A stretch of DNA of 64,000 nucleotides. Origin: the human T2T-CHM13v2.0 reference genome, Homo sapiens. The notes under the pieces were generated by a model, which was given only the letters and a program-made list of their open reading frames with translations, had not been told where the DNA came from and did no database searches. The translations under genes and the position numbers were made by a program. The stretch lies in assembly GCF_009914755.1 (NCBI RefSeq), contig NC_060931.1; one strand, 5' to 3'. Shown piece after piece: positions 1 through 11,549 of the stretch (positions are counted from its first letter, which is position 1; every line of letters begins with the position of its first letter).

Positions 1-312
1 CGGCCACCACAGTGGACCCCAGCGCCCAGCCCAGGTCCCCCACGCCGGCTTCTCTCGGCCCAGGTCACTCTCTTCACACTGTCATCTGCCAGTCACTTGC
101 ACACTCTGATTCCCAAGGCGACTCTGCTGCAGGCACACGCCCTCAGCAAGACCTGGCTGAGTGCCGTCTGTGCCCGTGGATGCACGCGCAGCTCTCCTGG
201 GGACACTGGCCCTGGCTCCACTCCCTGGACAGATCTGTGCCCGGCACTGGGTCCGCTCCCTGCACAGACCCACACCTGGTGCTGGCGCCACTCCCCGGAC
301 ACACCTGCCCCT

Positions 313-1056
313 GGCGCTGGCCTGGGTTGGGTGTGTCCGTGTGTCCAGTGCTGGCCTGCGTTGGGTGTGTCCGTGTGTCCGGCGCTGGCCTGCGTTGGGT
401 GTGTCCGTGTGTCCGGCGCTGGCCTGCGTTGGGTGTGTCCGTGTGTCCGGCGCTGGCCTGGGTTGGGTGTGTCCGTGTGTCCGGCGCTGGCCTGGGTTGG
501 GTGTGTCCGTGTGTCCGGCGCTGGCCTGGGTTGGGTGTGTCCGTGTGTCCGGCGCTGGCCTGGGTTGGGTGTGTCCGTGTGTCCGGCGCTGGCCTGGGTT
601 GGGTGTGTCCGTGTGTCCGGCGCTGGCCTGGGTTGGGTGTGTCCGTGTGTCCGGCGCTGGCCTGGGTTGGGTGTCCTTGTGTCCGGCGCTGGCCTGCGTT
701 GGGTGTGTCCGTGTGTCCGGCGCTGGCCTGGGTTGGGTGTGTCCGTGTGTCCGGCGCTGGCCTGGGTTGGGTGTGTCCGTGTGTCCGGCGCTGGCCTGCG
801 TTGGGTGTGTCCGTGTGTCCGGCGCTGGCCTGGGTTGGGTGTGTCTGTGTGTCCGGCGCTGGCCTGCGTTGGGTGTGTCCGTGTGTCCGGTGCTGGCCTG
901 CGTTGGGTGTGTCCGTGTGTCCGGTGCTGGCCTGCGTTGGGTGTGTCCGGCGTTGGCCTGCATTGGGTGTGTCCGTGTGTCCGGCGCTGGCCTGTGTTGG
1001 GTGTGTCCGTGTGTCCGGTGCTGGCCTGCGTTGGGTGTGTCTGTGTGTCTGGCGCT
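313..1056. repeat. 34-bp minisatellite (VNTR), ~22 copies
   Basis: Unit GGCGCTGGCCTG(G/C)GTTGGGTGTGTCCGTGTGTCC repeated head-to-tail, with GGG/GCG variant units and two shortened units. It explains the overlapping long ORFs at 12-1436. Confidence 0.97.
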
Positions 1057-1440
1057 CCAGCGGGGAGTCTGTGGGGGGCATGTTGCTGAGGTGCTGGGAG
1101 CTGGGCCTGACACTTCTGTGTTTTATTGAATCTCCTAACATCCAACATCCCATTTCCATTTAACAGATGAGGAAATGAAAACACAGAGAGGAGAAGGCAC
1201 TCGCCTGAGGTACCCTGCCAGACGCTGGGGACGGGCTCACACGCAGCGGCCCAAAGCCTGCTGCCTCTCGGAGCAGCGGGGGTCTGGGACGGATATTGAG
1301 GCACAGGGCCTTGGACGTGCCCGTGGAGCTGCTCAGCCAGTGGGGAGTTAGCCAGCGTTTTACAGGCAAAGCTGCGGAGCTGTGCTGGTGCCTGTGTGTG
1401 AGTATTTACATGCAGTTTGTTACTTGGGGAAATCATGTAC

Positions 1441-1534
1441 TCTTCTCACTGCTTCTGGCTGTGCAGAACACAAACTCAGATCTGGAATCTTCTCACTGCT
1501 TCTGGCTGTGCAGAACACAAACTCAGATCTGGAA
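1441..1534. repeat. Perfect 47-bp tandem duplication (2 copies)
   Basis: TCTTCTCACTGCTTCTGGCTGTGCAGAACACAAACTCAGATCTGGAA at 1441-1487 and 1488-1534. Confidence 0.97.
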
Positions 1535-2799
1535 GCAAAGGGCAGATGCCGTGCAGAGCGTCAGAAAGCACTGCAAACCTCAGACCAGAGGGAAGCCGGG
1601 TTTTTAAACCATCTTCCTGCAAGCCTTTTCAGGAGGACCAAAATTAGACCAGGTGGTTGAAGGAGGGTGGGTACAGCTGATGCTCCAATTCAGTCAGCTT
1701 TTAACGTGTCTCCTTCAAGCAACTGCTGCCAACCCGCTGTGCTCACCCATCGTGGTTGGGAAGGAACCTGCTGTTCTCAACAAGCCGAGTGTCCCTGCCC
1801 CCAGCCCCCGCATGGCTGAGGCTGCCCGTGTGTCAGTGGTGCAGGGTTGTTGAGGGTGCAGCACAGAGTGTGGTGATGATGCCGCCTCCATCCCCATTGC
1901 TCCAGGGCCAGGACTTGGACCCAGAGTGGGAGGAGCTTCAGCTGGGAGGGTGGCTGAGCAGCCAGGGAGTGCATCCGTCCCTGGACTGGGGAGACCCCAC
2001 TGCTGAGGGGCAACAGGAGTGCATTCTATTGCAGACAAACTGCAGGTCCACTCTGACTTCTGTCTTTTCAAGCCTGGCTCTCTCTCTACCACTTCTGAGG
2101 TCCTGGCCTTGCCTTGCGGCGATGGCTGCTGTCTGCACCTCAAAGCTCATGCTATTGCTTGGCCCTCTTCTCAATTTCCTGTTTTGTTTCTGCCTTCTGT
2201 GGTATCTCCCATGCTACTTGCTTTATACATTAAAAAACCCTCAAAAACAACAACTCCAGGCATTTCCTGCCAAGCAAGCATTTTGGGCAGAACTTTTCCA
2301 CTTCCAGGATGGGCTGGGTTGCTGTTGACTGTCTGAGAAGCAGCAGAGAGATTAGACATGTCTTTCTCAAGAGCAAACAGGCCTAATACATTTCTCTCAC
2401 AGCCAAAATTGCCCTGTGTTTGTGCTACTGGAGTTCACTCTTTGAGGCTCTGAGTGGCTACAACCTTCTGTGTCTCCACCAGCAAGGACGTGCACAAACT
2501 GTACATATCCTGGTGGCAACTGGGAGGAAAGTCCAGGAGGAGAGGCTGTGGGCACCAGCTGATTTGTAGGGACAAAGTTTACTGAGGAGAGAGGAAGCAA
2601 GCCTTGAATTTGTCTGTCCTCTCACCTGGGTTGCAGAGGCTCCCAGGCTGCCCCGAGGGCAAAGCAGGGGAATGTCCCTCTGCCGTCTCTCCAGGATGCT
2701 TCAAAGGCACTTGCCTGGATCTGTGAACCTCTGCAGCACGTGGCTGGGAGGGATGGGAAGTGCTGGCAACGTCCTTCCTGGGAGATGGCAGCCTCTGCA

Positions 2800-2886
2800 G
2801 GAGAGGGAGCCCATGCCTGGGGAGAGGGAGCCCGTGCCTGGGGAGAGGGAGGGAGCCCGTGCCTGGGGAGAGGGAGCCTGTGCCTG
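2800..2886. repeat. Short ~21-25-bp tandem repeat, ~4 copies
   Basis: GGAGAGGGAGCCCGTGCCTGG repeated with small variants. Confidence 0.85.
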
Positions 2887-3149
2887 CGCTGGCCCTCTAG
2901 GCTGGGAGCAGGGTTTCTATCACACTGGGCTGCAGAGGGGAGTGAGGCCATAGGCCGGGGCTCAGTGCCAGGGCTCTCATGATTTCCTGGAATGCCTGTT
3001 TCTTCACAAGCTGTATGCCCTTAAATTCTGGAACTTTAAAATTTGTTTGAAAAATAAATTTCACCAATTATGCTTGTTTCACTGGGGAGTCAGTCTCCCC
3101 CAGCTGCTGGTCTAGAAGAGGGACTCCCTCTCTGTTGTCTCTGGACCAA

Positions 3150-4720
3150 ATCCACATTCACCAAAACCGTCAGTGATGATGTCATCATTTTTGCTTAAAT
3201 TGCGAAACATGTTTTAAAGCATGCAAGAGAGGAAGAGGGGTCTATTCTTTTTACCCAGGCAGTTTCCATTTCTGTTACTCCTTTATCATTCCTGACACTC
3301 TGTGTTTTCTTCTGGTTTCATTTTGCCTCTGTCTGAAGAACTTCCCTTAGCAATATTTTTAGAAGAAGTCTGCTGGAAAACAATACTCTTTTCCTTCAGC
3401 TGAGAATATCGTCATTTCACTTCATTACTGAAGGCTCTTTTCATTGGAGATAGAATTCTGGGTTGACATTTAGCAGTTTAAAATGTTGTTCCACTTCCTT
3501 CTGGACTTCATTGTTTCTGAGGAGAAATCTGCAGTCTTTTGAATAGTTGTTACCTAAAGAGTAATGTCTCCATTTTCTCAAACTACTTTAAAGAATTTTC
3601 CTTTGCCCTCAAGTTTTAGTCTTCATTATGATGTGTCTGGCTGGGTAAAGATTTCTTTAGTTTTATCTTGCTTGGGGTGTTTGCTCAGATTCTTGAATTT
3701 GTGGGTTTATGTCTTTTGCCAGATTTGGAATGATTTTGCTGTTATTTCTTCAAATATTGTTTTCTTTATTGCACTGTTTTTCACTGTGGAGGTTGGCAAG
3801 TCCAAATCTGCAGAGGAGGCTGGCAGGCCCAGGAAAGAACTGGCATCTTGGTTCACGTTCGAAGGCTGAGAGCTGGCAGAACTCCCCCTTCTTTGAGGGA
3901 GGGCAATCTTTTCCTTAAGGCCTTCAACGAATTAAATGAAGCACACCCACATTATGGAGTGTCATCTATTTTACTCAAAATATGTTCACTTAAATGTTAA
4001 TCTCATTAAAAAATACTTTCCCAGCAAAATTCAGGCATATTTGGCCAAATATCTGGGTGTCACAGCCAAGCCAAACTGACAGCTAAAATTCACCGTCACG
4101 CTCCCCTACTTTGATTCCAGTGACACAAATCTTGGACATTTGCTATGGTCCCACAGGTCTCTGAGGCTCTGTTTATTTATTTCTTCAATCTTTTCTTCTT
4201 TGTCATTCAAATTGAATACTTTCTACTGATCTTTAAGTTCATAGATCTTTCCTCTGTCACCTTTATTTTGCTAGGGAACCCATCCATTGAGTTTTAAAAT
4301 TTTGGTTACCATATTTTTTTGGTTCTAAAATTTTGATTTGTTTTCTTCTTTATATCACATATTTCTTTGCTGAGACTTTTTATTTCCATATTTCTCAAAA
4401 GTGTTCACTCCTACTTCTTGGAATATTTTTGCAATAACTGCTTGGAAGTCTTTATCAGAGAATCCCAATATCTGCGCCATCTCAAGGCTGATGTCTGTTT
4501 TCCCATGTACATGGAGATTTTCCTGTTTCCCAGGTCTTTGTATGGCAAATAATTTTGGATTATATGCTCGGCATTTTGAATATTATATTATAAAAGTGTG
4601 AGTTTTGTTTCTATCTTATGAAGAATGTGAATATTTTTGATTTAGCAACCAATTGACTCTACAACCAAGCTAACTGGGTTCAGAACACAAGTTCCAACCA
4701 ACCTTCTGTTGTTGTAGTTT
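3150..4720 (-). mobile_element. Ancient L1M-type LINE relic, interrupted by an MLT2 LTR
   Basis: T-rich degenerate sequence with typical antisense L1M phrases (GAAGAACTTCCCTTAGCA, TTTCTGAGGAGAAATCTGC, CCACAGGTCTCTGAGGCTCTG). Boundaries are approximate. Confidence 0.6.
3788..4099 (-). mobile_element. MLT2-family (ERVL) LTR fragment
   Basis: GGCAAGTCCAAATCTGCAG...AGGCCTTCAAC...CCCACATTATGGAG...AGCCAAACTGACAGCTAAAATTCACCGTCAC matches the recalled reverse complement of the MLT2 5' end. Confidence 0.75.
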
Positions 4721-4734
4721 AAAAGTCAGCTCCA

Positions 4735-5027
4735 TTTTTTTTTTTTTTGAGATGGAGTCTCGCTCTGTTGTCCAGGCTGGAGTGCAGTGGCGAAGTGGCA
4801 CAGATCTCTTGTCTCACTGCAACCTTCACCTCCTGGCTTCAAGCGATTCTCCTGCCTCAGCCTCTGGAGTAGCTGGGACTACAGGCACGCACCACCATGC
4901 CCAGCTAATTTTTGTATTTTTAGTAGAGACGGGGTTTCACCATGTTGGCCAGGATGGTCTCAATCTCTTGACCTCGTGATCCGCCCACCTTGGCCTCCCA
5001 AAGTGCTGGGATGACCTCGTCCGGCGC
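4735..5027 (-). mobile_element. Alu (AluSc-like) with TSD
   Basis: Poly-T, then antisense Alu with the CTCTTGACCTCGTGATC diagnostic. TSD AGTCAGCTCCATTTTT at 4724-4739 and 5028-5043. Confidence 0.93.
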
Positions 5028-5629
5028 AGTCAGCTCCATTTTTAAAAGCCTTTGCAGTGCTATCTGGGTCAGTTCCGTGTGTGCGCCACCTGGTGGACGG
5101 TCTGAGCTCTGGGTGGGGTCTGTTCCATAGTTCTACATTTGTGGCACGTTGCTCAGGGTCAGACCCACACACGTGCAGCTCAGGGCGGCCCAGGCGTTCA
5201 GAAGCAACTTCACTGGGGCACGTCCTAGGCCTCTCTGCTCTTCCCATTGGACCTCCCCTTCTCAGTCTCCTTCCAGAAAGCTGGAGCTTGGTCAGCTCTG
5301 TTGTGCCTGTCACACACCTGCAGGTGTCTGAGGCCACATGGCAGGAGGATGCAGAGACAGCAGTAGGGTGTGCACCACCTTCTTAGGACGACAGCTCCTG
5401 TGACTGAAGCAAGAGGCTCATCTAGTCTCGGAGGGTTGGCAGACCCTCTCCTGGTGCTTGTCCACGACAGAAGCTCTTCCTTCCACACCAATACCTATTG
5501 GTGGGTTCTGGGCTTGTTGGAAAAACATGGTGAACTCATTGCTAGTCAGGGGTTATTCAGAAATCTAGTCTTCCTGCCGAATCCATGTGCCTTGTTTTCC
5601 AGAGACCCATGCATTCCACAGAAGTCTGA

Positions 5630-6008
<379 letters not shown>

Positions 6009-6802
6009 ACTGCCCAGGTTTTAAGTTCTTTGTTTCTGACATCTCAGCATTTCCCTTTTCTTCTCATCTATTTGGGCTCGGCTGTGAGCTTCACCTTTCG
6101 CACGGTGGTCCTTGCAGCGTGTGGTTGGCTGTGTGCTCGGGTTGACAGCATGTTTGGTGGTTTTAGCAAATCGGGATTCCCTGTCAGCTTGGTCCACTGT
6201 GGTGCCAAGGCCAAGGGCCCCTGGTTTTCTCCACGTCTCTGGAACCCACAGAGAGAGTGTTGAGAAATGCAGCGTGGTAGGGAGGTCTCCAGGGCTCAGA
6301 GGAGACTCATTTCTACCAGCCATGTTATACAGAAGCATTTTATACTTATTGCTTATCTTACACCTGAAAGTAATTTTTTTGGTCACTGTGAATCCGCGGG
6401 CTCCGTATAGTGCCTGTTACCCTGGAGAATGAGAAACAGGATGGCATAATTTAGAAACTGTCATCTTGTTGAAGGTGTTTGTTAGGATTACATTTGGCTG
6501 TGACTAGCAGAAGCCCCCAAAACAAAATGGTTTGCCCAAGGTTAATTTGATGGCTCCTCACACCAGCCACTGAGTGCCTGGCAGGAGGTGGATGCCCAGG
6601 CTTGGGTGCTGGCTTTGCCTTAGTGTCCTCTGACCCACGCCCCTCCCGCTCCCCCTCTACCACCCTTAGGGCACTGGTCAGGCGCCTGCAGGGATAGAGA
6701 GCAGCTTGAAGGCAGTGGAATTTGAGAAGGAGTAGAGCTAGTGGAGGAGCCGGGATCCTGGGGACAGAGGATGAGAAAGTGTCTGGAAGTCAGAGTGAGA
6801 CA

Positions 6803-6933
6803 GCGTCCTGCACAGTGGGCTGGGGAGAGAGGGAGCGTCCTGCACGGTGGGCTGGGGAGAGAGGGAGCGTCCTGCACGGTGGGCTGGGGAGAGAGGGAGC
6901 GTCCTGCACGGTGGGCTGGGGGAGAGAGGGAGC
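6803..6933. repeat. 32-bp tandem repeat, ~4 copies
   Basis: Unit GCGTCCTGCACGGTGGGCTGGGGAGAGAGGGA. Confidence 0.93.
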
Positions 6934-7190
6934 ATCAGAGGTCTTCTGCTGAAGACATGGCCAGCCCAAGAGGACCTCTCCAACCTGGCCTCTGTCTCCC
7001 TTCCTCTTCTTTTCTCCCAAGGCTCTGCTTCAGCCAAACTCAACCAAAGGTGAGCAGGCATGGAGCTGGTTGAAGCTGTCCTTGGCCTGGGCTTTGGGGG
7101 CAGAGCGCAGGGCAAGAAGGCCAGGGATGCCCAGGCTAACTTTGAAATCTGAGTTCTCGACCTTGATAGGATAGGAGGTCAGAAGCACCT

Positions 7191-7692
7191 TGTTATAACC
7201 CCATTAGGATTTCTTCCTGGGGGCCTAACAGAAACTGGCTCCTCCAAAAGACTCCACCGCTGGCACCAACCACCTGCCTGATGCCACCCCTCCTTTCCTG
7301 CCTGGTAAGAGACCACTGACCAGAGGCTGGTTCCGGATGACCACAGGCTGGTTCCGGACAGGCTGCGGAGGATGCGCAGGGAGGGTTTTTGTGTCTGCTG
7401 CTTCACCTTTAGACCTCAGAGGGCTGGAAACTCCACCCTCGGGCCGTGATAACACCACCACTTTTGCACATGGGACCCATGAGGGGCAAGCAGCTGTTTT
7501 GCACATACGTATGTCTCCTCTCGTGAATATTGGTGACTCCTCCTATAGCGTGTTGAGAATGTATACTCAGCCACTGGCTCAGCATCAGTTCCCTTCCCTT
7601 TACCCCTCCCTGGACGTGCCTGTTTCTGGCTTCTGGTCAGAGGCTACACATCCCAGCCTGTCAGGATGGCCCCTGCAGCTCTCCTTTCCAAA
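7191..7692 (+). mobile_element. ERV1-class solo LTR (MER39-like)
   Basis: CCCATGAGGGGCA...TGACTCCTCCTATAGC...GCCTGTTTCTGGCTTCTGG..GAGGCTAC..TCCCAGCCTGTCAGGATGGCC..GCTCTCCTTTCCAAA resembles the recalled MER39 consensus. Confidence 0.65.
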
Positions 7693-8643
7693 CAAATAGA
7701 AAGAAGGGCCGCGACATGCGGAGGGTGGAGGAGAAGGCATGGTGTGGCCTTGTGCTCACAGTGTGGGACAGGGCTCCTGTGTCCCAGCAGCAGGCTGGAG
7801 AGAGGAAGAAGAAGATGGAGAAGCCAGGAGTCTACTACCCCTCGGGGAAAGCCCCCAGAACTGAAAGCGGCAAGGCTCCTGTTGACATTTTGTTCATTTC
7901 TGTTCCTGTTGGGAGAACTGAGTCCTCCACACCCAGCTGCTGGAGGGGCTGGGAAGCCTTTGTTAATTCTGGGACACCCCACATGGCCTTGGGGCCATAT
8001 TCACAACTCATGTGCCCCTGGCAGGCACCGGGTTTCCCAGAGGCTCAGCTCTCAGCTCTCTCCCCTTGCCCATGTCCCCAACCGAGAAAGCCTCGGAGAG
8101 AGGTGTGGGAAAGGAGGGGAGGCAGGAGTGTGGACCACGCGGAGCTTGGCGAGAGGCAGGGCTGCATCCTGGTGGGAGTGGGTGGCAAAGGCTGGGCCTC
8201 TGGGGACGCTGCAAACTTGGGGCAGCTCCGTCAGTGCCTTCACAGGACCTGAGCAGAGGAGGCTTGCAGGACCGCCCCTGACGGGTGCTCCTCGGGGCAC
8301 AAGTCACACTCATCCTGTGCCGTCTGCCATGAGCTCCGCACACCCCGTGAAGCCTGGACCGTCTCACGGGGACCAGAGACTGCGAGTTAACTGGTTTTCC
8401 TCACAACAGCGATGCCGTGACATTGAGGCATTTGCTGGTGGTGAACAACTTAGTTTCTTTCCTGCATAACTTTTGTTATTTTGAGCAATCTCACTTTCAC
8501 TTTCAGAGAGCGGTTGAAGAAGAAATGATCAGGAATTGGAGTTAACAGCTTTTCTGTGGGGCAGTTCGACATGAAGAAAATACCTGTTCAAGGACTTTGA
8601 AATAAAGATGAAAAAGAGGCCACACGTCCTTACATACCTGATA

Positions 8644-8645
8644 TT

Positions 8646-8721
<76 letters not shown>

Positions 8722-8802
8722 TCCTTCCTTCCTTCCTTCCTTCCTTCCTTCCTTCTTTCCTTCCTTCCTTCTTTCTTTCTTTCCTTCTTTTTTTCTTTCC
8801 TT

Positions 8803-8858
<56 letters not shown>

Positions 8859-8866
8859 TTTTTTTT
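8644..8866. repeat. Compound microsatellite (TTTC)n(TTCC)n(TC)n derived from an Alu tail
   Basis: About 220-bp pure pyrimidine tract abutting the antisense Alu at 8867. Confidence 0.95.
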
Positions 8867-9165
<299 letters not shown>

Positions 9166-9438
9166 GTTTTTTATGTTATGTGTATCGTATGCTGTGTTCT
9201 TACAAGTAAGCTAGAGGAAAGCAAATGCTATTAAGCAAATCTTAAGGAAGAGAAGACACGTTTACGGTTCTTAAAATGGGAGTGGATCCTCATAAAGGTC
9301 TTCATTCTGGCCGTCTGCCGGTGGAGCAGGCTGAGGAGGGGAAGAGGAGGAGAGGCTGGCTGTGCTGTCTTGGTGGAAGAAAACCCGTGTATCAGTGGAC
9401 CTGCCCAGCTCACACCTGTGCTGTTCACAGGCCAACTG
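9166..9438. mobile_element. Tigger4 (Zombi, TcMar) DNA-transposon fragment
   Basis: AAGTAAGCTAGAG..TAAGGAAGAG..CATAAAGGTCTTCAT..GGCTGAGGAGG..GTGGACC..CTGTGCTGTTCACAGGCCAACTG matches the recalled Tigger4 internal sequence and terminal repeat. Confidence 0.75.
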
Positions 9439-9909
9439 CACTTGAGTTGTTTCTCCTGAGAACAAAGACAGGCTCCATGTGCCGGAAATTTTCCGCTGCT
9501 ACATGTCTACGATTTGGTATCAGCCACATTCAACATTCTTCACTATTTCCGTAATTTCCCTCGTAGCTCTTTTTAAAAATCAAACATTCAATCCACCTGC
9601 ATTTAGCTTTCCTGGTGTCCTTTCTTGTTCTACGACAATTCCTTAGCCTTTTATTTTCTGCTTTTCGTGACGGTGACATTTTTGAAGAGTCTGAGTCCAT
9701 TGTTTTGCAGAGTGGTCCCTCCGCTCACGTTTGTCTGACCGCGCTGACATTCAGCCTCCTCATCTTTGCAGGGCCCCAAGGCCTCGTTCTCTGCTCCTGG
9801 ACAGGTCAGCAAGACCCATGGCTCTGGCAGGGAGCCCTGCAGTGCTCGGGCAGTGCGGTGTCCAGGAACACTGTGGCTTTTAGCTCCTCTCTCTCTTCAC
9901 TTCGGGGAA

Positions 9910-10231
9910 CTTTTCTTTTTCTTTTTCTTTCTTTTTCTTTTTTGTTTTTTTTTTTTTTTTTTTTGAGACAGGGCTTGCTCTGTCGCCCGGGCTGGAGTGC
10001 AGTGGTGCGATCTAGGCTCATGGCAACCTCCACCTCCCAGGTTTAAGCGATTCTTGTACCTCAGCCTCCCTGAGTAGTTGGGACTACAGGTACCCGCCAC
10101 CATGCCTGGCTCATTTTTATTTTTATTTCTTTGTATTTTTAGTAGAGACAGGGTTTCACCATGTTGGCCAGGCTGGCCTCCATCTCCTGGCCGTAAGCGA
10201 TCCACCCAACTTGGAGCCACCATGCCCGGCC
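9910..10231 (-). mobile_element. Alu with a ~30-bp deletion near its 5' end
   Basis: Antisense Alu. The CCTCCCAAAGTGCTGGGATTACAGGCGTG segment is missing between TTGG and AGCCACCATGCCCGGCC. Confidence 0.92.
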
Positions 10232-10277
10232 ATACTTCTGGGAACTGTTCTCACTTTATTCATACATCAGCAGTATT

Positions 10278-10788
10278 TGAGCACTCTCTCTGTGTGAGCA
10301 CGCCTCTGTGTGTGAGCACTCCTCTGTGAGCACTCTATGTGAGCACTCTGTATGTGAGCACTCTGTGGGTGAGCACTCTCTGTGTGTGAGCACTCCTGTG
10401 AGCACTCTGTATGTGAGCACTGTATGTGAGCATTCTCTGTGGGTGAGCACTCTGAGCACTCTGTGGGTTAGCATTCTGTGGGTGAGCACTCTGGGTGAGC
10501 ACTCTGGGTGAGCACTCTGGGTGAGCACTCTGTGGGTGAGCACTCTGGGTGAGCACTCTGGGTGAGCACTCTGTCTGGGTGAGCACTCTGTCTGGGTGAG
10601 CACTCTGGGTGAGCACTCTGAGCACTCTGGGTGAGCACTCTGGGTGAGCACTCTGTCTGGGTGAGCACTCTGGGTGAGCACTCTGAGCACTCTGGGTGAG
10701 CACTCTGTCTGGGTGAGCACTCTGGGTGAGCACTCTGTCTGGGTGAGCACTCTGGGTGAGCACTCTGTCTGTGAACACTCTGTGAGCA
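10278..10788. repeat. Short-unit minisatellite (GTGAGCACTCT(G/GG/GT/GTCTGG)), 9-17-bp variants
   Basis: More than 30 iterations of the core TGAGCACTCT with variable spacers. Confidence 0.95.
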
Positions 10789-11549
10789 TCAGCCTTGGGA
10801 CGGGCTCCCTGGGGTCGTGTGCTCACGGCCACATCAGCTTGTGTGCGGCAGCGGTCACAGAGAGGGAGAGGTGTGGTTGGTCGGCACCAAGCCCCCTGCG
10901 CATCCCCAGCGTGGTCCATGTTGAGGGTGGGGGGGGGGTCCTCGTCCCCTGAGTAGATGCTGATTGTCTGCTCTGAATGGCCACTGAAGCAAAGCCCAGA
11001 GAGGCTGAGTTCTTGTCCCAGGCACCGGGCTCTGACAAGGGGAGCTGGGTCTGCACCCAGGTCCAGCCCAAGCACTCCCGGGAGAACCACCGCCCGCTGC
11101 TGCCTGGGGAGGACGCCTGTCCCCAGATTGTCCTGCCCCAGCTCAGGGAGGGAGCCAAGAGCATCGTGAGTGAGCGTCTTGTCCACTGTGTGCTCTGCTG
11201 GGATCTGGGCACTGAGACACAGTATTTGATGTGGGACCCAGGAAATGCTGAGCCCCCGAGAGTACAGTGAGGCAAAGCGTGGCCAGTGCTGACTCTGGGA
11301 GGTCAGCGGGCACCATGAGCTGTCCGGCATTCCCATAATCCTGCTGCCTGTGTCAAGAGGGGCTTCCAGAAAAGACCCAGCGCCTAGCCTCAGGGTCCCT
11401 CCAGGGCCGCCTTATTCCTAACATGATGTCCATGAGCCACCCAATAAGCAAAACTGGAAGAGGCACCTGCCCCATTCCAGATCCTTCAGCTGTGAGACTA
11501 CATGCTGTGTAGACAGCTCCCTATGTGGAGCACTCATGTGTAGACCACT

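Noticed and set aside
12-1436. Six overlapping ORFs of 322-447 aa
   Set aside because: All run through the stop-free 34-bp VNTR. They are open in all frames with repetitive translation, so they are not evidence of coding.
6470-6620. Possible ancient LTR (LTR33/MLT1-like) fragment, and L2/L1ME scraps at ~9560, 27440, 31145, 33860 and 60100
   Set aside because: Too degenerate to delimit or classify reliably by eye.
7666-8469. 267-aa ORF, and similar GC-rich ORFs at 14491-15294 and 54685-55365
   Set aside because: Composition is typical of chance ORFs in GC-rich DNA, with no domain or splice-supported exon structure recognised.
10256-11336. 333-aa ORF and a repeat-spacer-like pattern suggestive of CRISPR
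   Set aside because: The spacers are tiny and not unique, there are no cas genes, and the DNA is primate. The ORF is driven by the minisatellite.
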